Source: a virus. Taken from it: a stretch of 64,000 bases of DNA. The translations under genes were made by a program, and so were the position numbers. Position 1 is the stretch's first letter. Every line of letters starts with the position of its first letter. The notes beneath the pieces were generated by a model. The model worked only from the letters and a program-made list of their open reading frames with translations, did not search any database and was not told where the DNA came from. Location of the stretch: positions 1-64,000 of the IMG/VR virus record IMGVR_UViG_3300022555_003222; one strand, written 5' to 3'. This document shows, piece by piece, positions 29,762 through 39,710 of the stretch.

Positions 29762-29992
29762 TTAATCATCTTTTCCAAATGCAATTCGTTCATTTGTTCC
29801 AAAATCTGGAATAGCCCAATCTACACTATCTTTATCATCGTCAATCACAGATACTTTTTCACTGTTGGACCGAGCTTTTGCAGATACATTTAGTCCATCT
29901 GCACTAATATTTAAGTCTAAAGTTAAATGAATTTCTACTGTGGCTTGACCATTTGATGTAACAATTTGTGTTGGAGCCTGTAATATACGCAT
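29762..29992 (-). CDS. Small hypothetical protein upstream of the actin-like gene
   Basis: 76-aa ORF tightly packed in the operon. Confidence 0.6.
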   Translation of the reverse strand: MRILQAPTQIVTSNGQATVEIHLTLDLNISADGLNVSAKARSNSEKVSVIDDDKDSVDWAIPDFGTNERIAFGKDD

Positions 29993-30006
29993 GCTTTATC
30001 TATTGC

Positions 30007-30972
30007 CTAACGCTTGGATTCCACCGGCCAACGAGCAAACATCCTACGAATACCATCTTTAATTTCCTCAGATGTCAATTCGGTAAGACATGGCTTAACG
30101 AAATCTTTTGTTTTTGGGCATCTTTCATATGCGTAACAAGGACCACATGGCCAATCTCCGTTGTCTCGATGCTTTTGTACTAATTCAAAATCAAAATATT
30201 TTCCATACACCTTACCATCTGCCCAAGTGAAAATTCCCGTTAATGGTTTTTTCATTCCGCCTGCTAAATGGAAATGACTGGTGTCTACTGTTACCATGTA
30301 GTCTATGGCATTGACTACTCCCATCCATGATGTGATATCTAAATCACATAAGGTTGGAATTTGTTCTAATCCCTCAATGGGTTGTGTGTGAATAGCAAAA
30401 ACAAATACATCTTGTTCCCGTATAGCCTCCAATGCTGCCTGCATCTGTGTTAAGTCTAAATTCTTATTGGACATAACAGATCTAGGACAAAAGGCTAGTT
30501 TGGGCTTTGTCGATCCACCGCACAGTTTATCTAATGTGTTTTTACCATTTATCATGGTGCTTTCACTTAGATTAAAATGCATATTATGCGTGGTCAATGT
30601 AAAGCCACAAGCAGAAGCAAAAATGTCACTACGATGATCTTCTGATCGAGGAGCCATTATTGATTCATAACGACTGGCAGAATGAGATAAATCATAAACC
30701 GCACCATAGCCATCATAATCTGTATGAATATTAACAAATTCATCAATTGCAGGATGATCTGCTAAAATGACATATCGTTCCTTTTCGCTAGCACAAGATA
30801 AAATCAATTTTCCATTTGGCAACAATCGTTTAATGTCGTCTAGTATCATTCGTAACATTAAATAATCACCAAGACCACCGCTCGCATATATAATGCATAT
30901 TTGGTTTCTTTGATCATAAAATTGCTGAAGTCCTAATGGGAGAGCCTTTGCTTTATTTGAAACTATTCGCAT
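30007..30972 (-). CDS. Glycosyltransferase family 9 (heptosyltransferase-like)
   Basis: GGLGDYLM, HPAID, VTVDTSHFHLAGG.KKP. Confidence 0.88.
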   Translation of the reverse strand: MRIVSNKAKALPLGLQQFYDQRNQICIIYASGGLGDYLMLRMILDDIKRLLPNGKLILSCASEKERYVILADHPAIDEFVNIHTDYDGYGAVYDLSHSASRYESIMAPRSEDHRSDIFASACGFTLTTHNMHFNLSESTMINGKNTLDKLCGGSTKPKLAFCPRSVMSNKNLDLTQMQAALEAIREQDVFVFAIHTQPIEGLEQIPTLCDLDITSWMGVVNAIDYMVTVDTSHFHLAGGMKKPLTGIFTWADGKVYGKYFDFELVQKHRDNGDWPCGPCYAYERCPKTKDFVKPCLTELTSEEIKDGIRRMFARWPVESKR

Positions 30973-30993
30973 AAAATAATATAGTGTATCAAG

Positions 30994-31028
30994 AAAAAGA
31001 ACCCCCGCAGCTAGCTGCGGGGGTTCTT
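30994..31028 (-). terminator. Perfect 32-bp palindrome acting as terminator
   Basis: AAGAACCCCCGCAGCT|AGCTGCGGGGGTTCTT (30997-31028) with a U-tract on the minus strand. Confidence 0.8.
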
Positions 31029-31053
31029 AAACTGTCTTTAATTATCTATATGT

Positions 31054-31683
31054 TTAGACAATATTTGCAATACGATTGTCGGGCTCGATGCTGAAGGTAA
31101 TCTTGACGTTTACCGTGCCGCTTCCACCATTTCCATTTGTAAAGGTGATGGATGTCCAATTGATGTCGCCCGGCTCAAAAATGGTAGTAGCAGAATTAGA
31201 AACCGATCCTGCTGATACTGTGCTTCCATTAATCTTATAGGTAACGCCAGTGCCGTCTGCCAACATTTGTAAGAACTTAGCAATTCCGCCATACTTTCCA
31301 AGGAAATCAACGGTTTGAGGAGTTCCAGCAACTACTGCAACATTCAATGAAGTAGTGGCCATATTGTCGGTAACATCGCTCCAAGCTCCACCATCATAAT
31401 CCATAGCGCCTGGATCATAAACTGCACCTGCGGTATACGCTGCAAAATACAAGAAATCCTGTCCTGGCAATGCCTTGCCGCCCTGGGCAGTGCTAACATA
31501 GCGTAGCCAATAATTGTTTCCCGTGAAGCTCTGGCCGTCCCGTAGCAAATAATTTTGCTTATCTGGACCCATAATATAAACGGTTCTTTGATTACTGGTG
31601 GCGTTGATCTGGCCTGTGGTCATAGATACGTCCATTTGACCTTGTACGCCTGTTTGATTTAATCTAACTGTAAACTTACTCAT
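31054..31683 (-). CDS. Putative virion structural or decoration protein
   Basis: Gly/Thr/Asn-rich; own ATAGATA box (31733-31739), GGAG SD and terminator. Confidence 0.6.
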   Translation of the reverse strand: MSKFTVRLNQTGVQGQMDVSMTTGQINATSNQRTVYIMGPDKQNYLLRDGQSFTGNNYWLRYVSTAQGGKALPGQDFLYFAAYTAGAVYDPGAMDYDGGAWSDVTDNMATTSLNVAVVAGTPQTVDFLGKYGGIAKFLQMLADGTGVTYKINGSTVSAGSVSNSATTIFEPGDINWTSITFTNGNGGSGTVNVKITFSIEPDNRIANIV

Positions 31684-31749
31684 TGTGTCTCCCAAATATA
31701 AGAGATTGTCTTTTGGTTCAAATCTTCATAATTATCTATGCATGATCAT

Positions 31750-32091
31750 CTAAAATTCACATTCTTTTGGAAAAACTCGTAAAAAGCTTGCTTTAGTCTT
31801 AGGAAGATCGGATTCAACAATTAATTTCCACACTGCTTTTTGATCATCCAAATATCGCACATATGCGACTTCATTTTTATCAAATTCTGATTCGACAATC
31901 AATCGTTCATATTTTTCTTTAAGGTGCTCTAGTCCAACTCGACAACAAATATAAATTTGAATGCCTGGAAGGTCTTCTTCAATAGCTTGGCGTATGTGTA
32001 GAAGTTGATCGATATATTCATCATTCGGACCTACATAGTGTATACAATATCTGTCTTTTACTTTTACGTATTGAGCAAATGGTAATGTCAT
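31750..32091 (-). CDS. Hypothetical protein
   Basis: 113-aa ORF. Confidence 0.6.
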   Translation of the reverse strand: MTLPFAQYVKVKDRYCIHYVGPNDEYIDQLLHIRQAIEEDLPGIQIYICCRVGLEHLKEKYERLIVESEFDKNEVAYVRYLDDQKAVWKLIVESDLPKTKASFLRVFPKECEF

Positions 32092-32204
32092 GCAATCACC
32101 TGAAGAAAAACAATGTTTAGAGACATGGGGTGCTTTTTTCGGACAATTTGGAGCACCAGATCCCTATACTAAGATAGTGCTTGAAGTGTTTTTTGAGGAG
32201 CTAT

Positions 32205-32603
32205 ATGGGACAAGACATCAAGAAGCTGTATCTATATCTGGCGAGACGGGACAAGAAGGGAGTGGAGATACTGACGATCTTACACGGTCCAGCAGTGCCA
32301 CCAACTAGAGTAGCCGATGTAGAACGATTGGGTTTGCCTCGCAACTTAACAGAACAGTTAAAACAATCTATTCACGATGACCGTATGTATTGGGAACCTT
32401 GGATAGAAGCCGCTGACTCATATGCAGATTTGGTAGCTACGTTGAAAAACAGGGGTTATTCCAATGTGCCTGTTACTTCATTTGTGAGACATTTCACTAG
32501 TTCAGAGAGCACTTCACACAACATACAAGTTTCTAATGTGACTACACATTCCAGTCAAATGTTGTCTCAAAGAATTCCTCAGCGAAAGACAATGCTTAGA
32601 TGA
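32205..32603 (+). CDS. Hypothetical protein
   Basis: GAGGAG SD before ATG 32205 (MGQDIKK). Confidence 0.65.
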   Translation: MGQDIKKLYLYLARRDKKGVEILTILHGPAVPPTRVADVERLGLPRNLTEQLKQSIHDDRMYWEPWIEAADSYADLVATLKNRGYSNVPVTSFVRHFTSSESTSHNIQVSNVTTHSSQMLSQRIPQRKTMLR

Positions 32604-32604
32604 A

Positions 32605-32910
32605 TCATGACTTCTTTACATAACAGCGATGAATGTAAAATGTACCCGTAGATACTTCTACAAGAAAGTGCTTGTTATCTACATCGATAACTGTACCACC
32701 CTTTTCAGAAAAATCTTTGACCAAGGTATCCACTTCACCTTCTTCTGCTCTGATTTTTAATAGAAGTCGTTTAGCTGACAATTTTGATTCTATGACTAAT
32801 CCCACGCCACTTTTGTGCCAATTGTTGCCTTGATTAAGATTGCTCTTTTCTTGAGAACGCATCCATTTCTTAAAGTTGTCTAGCGAAAGATAATCATCTG
32901 AGTTATGCAT
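32605..32910 (-). CDS. Hypothetical protein
   Basis: 101-aa ORF coupled to the upstream gene by a TAATG overlap. Confidence 0.65.
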   Translation of the reverse strand: MHNSDDYLSLDNFKKWMRSQEKSNLNQGNNWHKSGVGLVIESKLSAKRLLLKIRAEEGEVDTLVKDFSEKGGTVIDVDNKHFLVEVSTGTFYIHRCYVKKS

Positions 32911-33779
32911 TATAATTCTTCCTCTTCTGTGAAGAAGGAGTGTATTTCTGTTTCTGAAATATATCTAGCATAATTATACACAATTCCGCTAGAACAGTTT
33001 GCAATTTGTACTCCACTTTTTTCCAACCAATATAAATTACCATCAATGATACGGTGTGAAACACATTGCTGCGGATAGCACCAAAGAGTCTCATTAATGG
33101 GCACGGCTCCTGGTCGCATTCCTTCAAATAAGTTATCACAACATAGAAGTAACAGTCTTTTTACATGGAATTTATAGACTAGGCCAATAGCTGCACAAAT
33201 GGGGTTTCTATAATCATCTATAAAATATTGAGGATCGGTTTTCGGGCCAGCATAATATTCGCTCGGTGAAGGACTATATGTGGCAATATTACCTCTATAT
33301 CCATCTAAAAATTCTGGCTTTGTTCTTAAAGAAGCAATGCATTGTGGATAATAGGAATGCTGTCTTGGAAGATAGTGCAAACATTCAGTGTATGGGTTGT
33401 TCACCACATAACATGACATAATCCTACGAAGTTCGGGTGGGGTATTTTTTTGCATTAGTTTCCACTTAGCTAATGCTCCATTTACACCTATGATAACAAT
33501 ATTGTTTGGTAGGCTAGCCAATAATTTATGTTTGTTTTCAAAGTCGTAGCCATCAGAAACAATAACGGCATCATTGTATTCTAATATCTCTCCATCTATG
33601 CCAATCACATCTCGTTTGCCATTGATTAATTCATTGGACAGAAATGTATGACAATCACCATCTGAAACTAATCGATTAATATCAATAGCTTTGACATATG
33701 GCTTAGTAAAATCTCTTATCCACAATCCGTCTTCGGTTCGCAGATAGTGATTTTTGTTGGCGTGTTTATTGATGATCAT
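32910..33779 (-). CDS. MAF/DUF115-like (glycosyltransferase-associated Rossmann-fold) protein
   Basis: AVIVSDGYDF, IIGVNGA, NPICAAIGLVYKFHVKRLLLLCCD parallel the DUF115 motif order. Confidence 0.55.
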   Translation of the reverse strand: MIINKHANKNHYLRTEDGLWIRDFTKPYVKAIDINRLVSDGDCHTFLSNELINGKRDVIGIDGEILEYNDAVIVSDGYDFENKHKLLASLPNNIVIIGVNGALAKWKLMQKNTPPELRRIMSCYVVNNPYTECLHYLPRQHSYYPQCIASLRTKPEFLDGYRGNIATYSPSPSEYYAGPKTDPQYFIDDYRNPICAAIGLVYKFHVKRLLLLCCDNLFEGMRPGAVPINETLWCYPQQCVSHRIIDGNLYWLEKSGVQIANCSSGIVYNYARYISETEIHSFFTEEEEL

Positions 33780-36325
33780 TTTCTACCGCAAGGCACTAGA
33801 GCGAAACAGTTTTCGCCGTTTTCACCTGTTATATTATCCATAGTAAGTTGGATGGGAATTGGGCTTCCTTTATAAACAAGTGGCACTTCTAGATTTTCCG
33901 GCACCATAAGTGGAATATAGCTTGGTAAATTATGTAACAATTCAATAGATTTTGGTACGCCTGTTACTTGAATCGTGGCAGGAATACCCGATGCATCTAA
34001 GAAAATGATCGATGGAAAGTGTGCTGGCACTTCTAACCTAATGGCCAAAGGAACATCGCTGGCATCCAATTTTATTGCTTTTGGAACATTGTCAGCTATT
34101 AATTCAATCGTATTAGGTAGGTTGACATCACTTTTAATTCGAATTTGTGTTGGTAATGGTTTGATCGGACCTTCAATTCTAATTGGTTTATCATGATCGG
34201 CAATTTTAATATCTGGTATTTTGGGTACTCTTAGTTTGATTTCCGTTGGTAAATCATGTACCATTTGCACGTGCGGTAAGTTAACTGGTGCAATGATTTT
34301 AATTTCTGACGGTATTCCAAGATCATTACCCTCAAAACTAGGAGATAACATGTTGTAATTAAAGCTGTCTTCGAATCGTTCATTCAGTATCGGTCCAGTA
34401 AATGGTGATGCTTGAGTGGTGGATGTGGGGCATCTGACAATTACTACGCAGCTTACGAGCGGCGGTGCGGACCATGTAACCACTACGGACGGAGGAGTGT
34501 TCCAGTTTACATCAACGGTAAAACTTGCAGTGGGTGCATTGCCCCAATTCACTGTGATTATTGATGGGATGTTGCAACAGCCAAGTATCGAAATAATCGA
34601 TGGAATCGTACAACCAACTATACTAATTGTAGTTGGTATGTTTTGAATCAATGAAATAATAGATGGCAACACTCCTATCAAACTAATTGTGTGTGGAATA
34701 TCATCTCTTACACTTATGATTGATGGCACTGTGTTTAACACGTTGATGATGGAGGGCAGTGTGCCTACTAAACTGATAATGTGCGGAATATCGTCTCTTA
34801 CACTTATGATTGACGGCACCGTGTTTATTACATCGATAATTGATGGTATAGTGCCCACCAAACTGATTATTGATGGTATGCTGCAACCCACCAAACTAAT
34901 TATTGATGGTATGCTACCCTGTAAACTAATCGTATGAGGTATGTCATCAATTACACTAATGATGGACGGTATGGTGCCAACTAAACTGATAATTGACGGT
35001 ATGGTGCCAACCAAATTAATGGTTGACGGTATTACTCCAATCAAACTAATGGTGGATGGTATGGTGCCTACCAAAGCAATAGTTGATGGTATATTACAAA
35101 CCACACTGATTAATGACGGCAAACAATTGAGCAGAGAGATAACCGATGGAATCGTAGGTTCAATTCTGATTACCGATGGAATACCCACCACACTAATAAT
35201 AGATGGAATGGCCGGAACCAATGAAATAATGCTTGGAATAGCTGGTGATAATTGTATGGAAATTACCGAGGGTATAGCAGGTTGTATTGTAATAATGCTT
35301 GGAACTTGACATCCTACCAATGAAATGTTTGCAAACGATGGTACGATCAATGAGATATTGGCTATACTAGGAACTATTAATTGTATTGTGCTTGGAACAA
35401 TTGTGATAACGCTAGGGATGTTTATGTATATTGAAATATACGGCATGCTGGGTATGTTGATATACACACTTGGGAAAGTAATGCTGGGTATATCAAGACA
35501 TGGAAATACAAATTGTGGTAATGTAAAATCTGTAGATACATTACAGTTTGCACAAGACAGTCTTGGAATTTCTGGAGTATCGCAAATAGGAATTTCAAAT
35601 GGCGGAGGAATTTCAGTTGGCGGAGGAGTTGTAGGTACTGTTCTTTCCGAAGGAGTGACTACCACCGTGCAACTATTATTGCTTACTGTAACTACCGGAT
35701 CGGGACTGGTATTAGGTGGATACGTATGACTGCCAATTAAATCGGCTGTAGTTGTACCATCTCCAAAGTCTAAAATAAAACTGTTAAACGTTCCTGTGAC
35801 AATAATTTCATATTGAATAGTCACGCCCTTTAGAGAATCTTCAGTGGTGACAATATCAAAGGATACTATTGCGCATCGATGGTCATCTGGAATGTCTGGT
35901 TCTGTTTCTAATTCTGAAAGAACCACCGCTTCTTCTAAAATATAATCTTGAGTTAATGTAATAGCATCCACTAATTGATTGTGATGTTCGGCAATGATGA
36001 ATCCTCGCACCCAAGTTTTAGCCGAATTAAATTTAGTTTGTTCTCCTCCTATGTTTCTTGCACACCTTTTTAGACGATAAACCTTTCCATCAGAATTTTT
36101 ATCTACGGCATCATAATAAAGCATTTCGCCTTCAATTGTAGCAAAGCCGTTGTCTGGCCATATTTCCGGCTCATCAGCGTTTACAGGAGTGATTTCCAAT
36201 TCTTGGGACCAAGCATTGTTATCACTGGCTAGTCGAGATTCCGTAGTATTATACACTAGAAACAGATTGCGATCTGAGTCAATTGCCCAGGGGTAAACTG
36301 GTTGTGGGGGGAATCCTATTGCCAT
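33776..36325 (-). CDS. Fibre-like protein: shared N-terminal domain, PKD-like domain and long IPSIIS repeats
   Basis: AEHHNQLVDAI, LDFGDG...HTY, and roughly thirty ~10-aa IPS(I/T)IS(L/V) units. Confidence 0.75.
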   Translation of the reverse strand: MAIGFPPQPVYPWAIDSDRNLFLVYNTTESRLASDNNAWSQELEITPVNADEPEIWPDNGFATIEGEMLYYDAVDKNSDGKVYRLKRCARNIGGEQTKFNSAKTWVRGFIIAEHHNQLVDAITLTQDYILEEAVVLSELETEPDIPDDHRCAIVSFDIVTTEDSLKGVTIQYEIIVTGTFNSFILDFGDGTTTADLIGSHTYPPNTSPDPVVTVSNNSCTVVVTPSERTVPTTPPPTEIPPPFEIPICDTPEIPRLSCANCNVSTDFTLPQFVFPCLDIPSITFPSVYINIPSMPYISIYINIPSVITIVPSTIQLIVPSIANISLIVPSFANISLVGCQVPSIITIQPAIPSVISIQLSPAIPSIISLVPAIPSIISVVGIPSVIRIEPTIPSVISLLNCLPSLISVVCNIPSTIALVGTIPSTISLIGVIPSTINLVGTIPSIISLVGTIPSIISVIDDIPHTISLQGSIPSIISLVGCSIPSIISLVGTIPSIIDVINTVPSIISVRDDIPHIISLVGTLPSIINVLNTVPSIISVRDDIPHTISLIGVLPSIISLIQNIPTTISIVGCTIPSIISILGCCNIPSIITVNWGNAPTASFTVDVNWNTPPSVVVTWSAPPLVSCVVIVRCPTSTTQASPFTGPILNERFEDSFNYNMLSPSFEGNDLGIPSEIKIIAPVNLPHVQMVHDLPTEIKLRVPKIPDIKIADHDKPIRIEGPIKPLPTQIRIKSDVNLPNTIELIADNVPKAIKLDASDVPLAIRLEVPAHFPSIIFLDASGIPATIQVTGVPKSIELLHNLPSYIPLMVPENLEVPLVYKGSPIPIQLTMDNITGENGENCFALVPCGRK
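34550..35480 (-). repeat. Degenerate ~30-bp coding repeat (IPSIISLVGT-like)
   Basis: Visible in both the protein and the DNA; boundaries approximate. Confidence 0.85.
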
Positions 36326-36361
36326 TTTTTCCTTATGCGTTACAAATGGGTTGCCAGTATA

Positions 36362-38638
36362 TCAATATATACCCATGACGAACTGATCTCCGGTGGGTCT
36401 GCTAACCATACTACTGAATGTTAAATTTTGACCATTGAATTTAATAAATGCATTGACACTGTAATCAAAGCTTAAATATGCTACATATCCTCCATCTGAA
36501 GCTGCAAGTAAAGTGTTAGCCGCACTATCAAATCCTACTACTGATGTATCTTGTACAGATCGATAGGCCACACTACTTAAAGATGGACCCCCTGTTTCCC
36601 AAACACCAGTTGTATCATTATATGCTGATATACTGCCCGAATTATTAAAGAAAAATACGCCATTATACAATGGCACTAACTGACCCTCAACCTTAGCAGA
36701 TCCAGCCATATCTGGCATTTTAGTAATAGACACCAATTCATCGCCTATCACGCTATTGGTTTTATAGAAATTATTTAACTGAAAATATGGATCAACTGCG
36801 CCATTTCTAATAAAATATCCAGAACCGCCCTTCCAGCATCCTCTGTATACAGCAAAATAACCATTTAGCGGCACTGTACCCAATCCATAATCAGATATGT
36901 GTTCCATGAGATCATCCGCCCCATTGATATATGTTTGATCACTATCTGTAGTATAGGTAACAGATGATTTAGGTAATACTCCAAAGTTTTGATCGGAAGG
37001 ATTATGACCAGCAGGAATAGAACCAGTAGGCATAGACCCAAACAAAAAGTAACTGATAGTTGATGAATTAAGGCAAAGCCAATTCCAATATTTAGTAGGG
37101 AAGGATACTGGCGATGTATAAGAATCTGTAAATCCTATATATTCAGCAATTCCTATTGATTGAGAACTAGCAGGATTGTTGCCGCCTTGCGACCAATACA
37201 TTCTCATTAATCCTGATTGTCCTGAAGATGTGGTTGTTTTGGGAGTCACAGCCACATTTCTGTTAAATTCTCTCTTGGCTTGAGTTTCATTATTGCTACC
37301 TGTTAAGAAACTATCATCTTGTGTAACAGCTAGTGTTCCCGGTTGTATTTTGAACGTTTCGCTAATTAAACCAAATTCATGTGCTCTTTTTGTTACGGAC
37401 GTGGATTTTGTCCATAACCACAAGTTTACATCTTCTACGATATCTATGGCATTTTGATAATGCGTAATTCTGAATGCTCCAAATTCAGTATTGGTCCGCA
37501 ATTTGATGTCATATAATCCACCAATACTATACATGGCTTTGGTGACGGAGGATTGTGAATGAGTAAGATCATCTCCCAAAGACCACACGTATTCAAGAAT
37601 CGGATCATAGGGCGTATCTGAACCATCTAACAGTTCTCCGCCATAGGATTGTGAGGGGCTCGATCCGGGTATTTTTCCAGATGGTACTTCTAATGTAATT
37701 ACTGTATTGATCGGGCTTCGTATAACAGGAATGGTGCTAATGGCTGGAACCACACCAATAATACTAATTATAGCTTCCCGTGGAGCTTCCAATCTCGGGT
37801 TAACCATATCAGTAAATATCACGCTCGCTACACCATAAGCATTTTGCACTGTTAATCCTATGTCACATTTCCCTGCATCATCATAAGTTTTTACATAAGT
37901 CTTTTTAACATAGGTTTCTGGAGATTCTATAAAATCGTATACGTTAAGGATATTCACTCCCGCAGCTACCGATATTACGCTAATGGTGGGATCAGTAATA
38001 GATATGGTTTGTATTACCGATGCCACTGATACATTTGTGTCTCCAAAATTCCACGTAAACAAAACCTCTCCTGTACCCAATCGCATACACTCGTCTTTGA
38101 ATTGAAAGTCTATGGGCACCAATCCAACAGTTGATCCCATAATTCTAAACCATGCTTTAGGCGTAAACACTAGTTTTGTTAGAAAATTAAGACGACCTGT
38201 TATTGTATCTCCAAAAGGTACAGTATCAATTTTGCCGCTTACTCCCATAAAAGTCTCAATAGCTATCAGGGCATCTTTAAGAGAATTATGGTGCTGCGCT
38301 ATTACATTAAGAGTCACATGGGTTATGTTTTTAGATTTTGCATAATCTTTTTGAGAAAATTCTGGAAGTATTATAAGTCCATCAAACGAATAATCTGTTT
38401 TGCTACTGTAAAAGAAACTTAGTGCTCGTAAATTAACATCACTACACTGCTCTGTCAGAGTGATAATTCCAGTGGATGGAAACTTACTCATCATCCCAAC
38501 CTCTCCCGTAACATAAATGCTGGTTTGACCCGGAAGATAGTCTTCTGCCAATGTGACTCGTAAAGCATCATGAACCGCATAGAGATTGGTGTCTGAATCT
38601 AAAACTGCGGGATAAGTGCTGGCTATTGGAATGGTCAT
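36362..38638 (-). CDS. PKD-domain tail/baseplate fibre protein
   Basis: AQHHNSLKDAL, WNFGD, WSLGDD; start MTIP with AAGGA SD. Confidence 0.75.
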   Translation of the reverse strand: MTIPIASTYPAVLDSDTNLYAVHDALRVTLAEDYLPGQTSIYVTGEVGMMSKFPSTGIITLTEQCSDVNLRALSFFYSSKTDYSFDGLIILPEFSQKDYAKSKNITHVTLNVIAQHHNSLKDALIAIETFMGVSGKIDTVPFGDTITGRLNFLTKLVFTPKAWFRIMGSTVGLVPIDFQFKDECMRLGTGEVLFTWNFGDTNVSVASVIQTISITDPTISVISVAAGVNILNVYDFIESPETYVKKTYVKTYDDAGKCDIGLTVQNAYGVASVIFTDMVNPRLEAPREAIISIIGVVPAISTIPVIRSPINTVITLEVPSGKIPGSSPSQSYGGELLDGSDTPYDPILEYVWSLGDDLTHSQSSVTKAMYSIGGLYDIKLRTNTEFGAFRITHYQNAIDIVEDVNLWLWTKSTSVTKRAHEFGLISETFKIQPGTLAVTQDDSFLTGSNNETQAKREFNRNVAVTPKTTTSSGQSGLMRMYWSQGGNNPASSQSIGIAEYIGFTDSYTSPVSFPTKYWNWLCLNSSTISYFLFGSMPTGSIPAGHNPSDQNFGVLPKSSVTYTTDSDQTYINGADDLMEHISDYGLGTVPLNGYFAVYRGCWKGGSGYFIRNGAVDPYFQLNNFYKTNSVIGDELVSITKMPDMAGSAKVEGQLVPLYNGVFFFNNSGSISAYNDTTGVWETGGPSLSSVAYRSVQDTSVVGFDSAANTLLAASDGGYVAYLSFDYSVNAFIKFNGQNLTFSSMVSRPTGDQFVMGIY

Positions 38639-38648
38639 TGGGTTTCCT

Positions 38649-39710
38649 TTATAAAATTTCAAGAGATTTGTCGGGAGACAAGAACGATCTTTGTGTACTC
38701 TGATCTGCAAATACCAAAATCAATGTGGGAGCATACGTTCCCGGAGATGCATATGTATGCGTGGTTACATGTACGTCAGGATCTAAATCATTATCTTTAT
38801 CTCCATCTGCGAATATCCAATACCTTTCAGTAATGTTTCCATCTGTTTGATCTACAAATTGGAATTCTGTAGCTTCACATAATGGATCTACGGTGATTCT
38901 TCGCTCTGCGGCTGTTTCCTCTGAATACCACGGGCCAGTTGTGCTGGCGTTAATTGGCACAATGTAGAAAAATGGTGTAATAATATTTTCAGAAACCGTA
39001 ATATAATTATCTTTAGTGGCTGATCCTTGCCCTCCAGTAGAGGTAATAATGTTTAAGCTAACACTAAACACGCCCTCAGTAGCGTATGTGTGAATAGGAT
39101 TGGGATCGGTGTCTACTCCACCATCGCCAAAATCCCAAAAAGTACGCAAGACATCACCATCAGAAAAGCTTTGAAATCTTACTGTTAATGGTGGTTTGCC
39201 TTGTCTGGGATAAGCAAGAAACGCCGCTCTCGGTGTCAAAAATCTTACTTCTTGATTATGCAAATTATCATTAAATGACCCAATGGCAGGATTGCTTCTT
39301 GTGCCAAGATAAGTTTCCATATTCAATAGGGCATCTTTAACAGCATTGTGATGTTCTGCCATGACAGCATTGCTAACATAAGCATTAGATGCCCACTGCG
39401 TTTGAACCGAACCCGCAAATCCCCTCAATAGACTAGAAAACGTTGTCTCGGTACGGCTGCCATAATAAATCAATTCAGCATTTCCAGCTTCTCCGGGTTT
39501 GGGTCCAATTCGTAATAAGCCTTTTGGAGGAAAAGCAGATGCGTCTTCGACTGCGATTCTAGTGGCGGAAAATGGCAATCCTCTTGCCAATGTGGTTTCT
39601 GCTTTATTTCTTACTTCATAAAGAGATTCACGATCATCAACAGCATTGGGGAATACTGATATGTCACCGGACACGTATCCTGAATCCAAACTTGATATTC
39701 TATCGGCCAT
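38649..39710 (-). CDS. PKD-domain structural protein
   Basis: AEHHNAVKDAL, PLTVRF, WDFGDG...NPIHTY, and a second WIFADG...HTY. Confidence 0.8.
   Translation of the reverse strand: MADRISSLDSGYVSGDISVFPNAVDDRESLYEVRNKAETTLARGLPFSATRIAVEDASAFPPKGLLRIGPKPGEAGNAELIYYGSRTETTFSSLLRGFAGSVQTQWASNAYVSNAVMAEHHNAVKDALLNMETYLGTRSNPAIGSFNDNLHNQEVRFLTPRAAFLAYPRQGKPPLTVRFQSFSDGDVLRTFWDFGDGGVDTDPNPIHTYATEGVFSVSLNIITSTGGQGSATKDNYITVSENIITPFFYIVPINASTTGPWYSEETAAERRITVDPLCEATEFQFVDQTDGNITERYWIFADGDKDNDLDPDVHVTTHTYASPGTYAPTLILVFADQSTQRSFLSPDKSLEIL

Noticed and set aside
33975-35729. Several plus-strand ORFs of 73-134 aa
   Set aside because: Antisense shadows of the IPSIIS repeat gene.
33776-39710. Diversity-generating retroelement acting on fibre genes
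   Set aside because: No reverse transcriptase and no adenine-mismatched TR/VR pair seen in this window.
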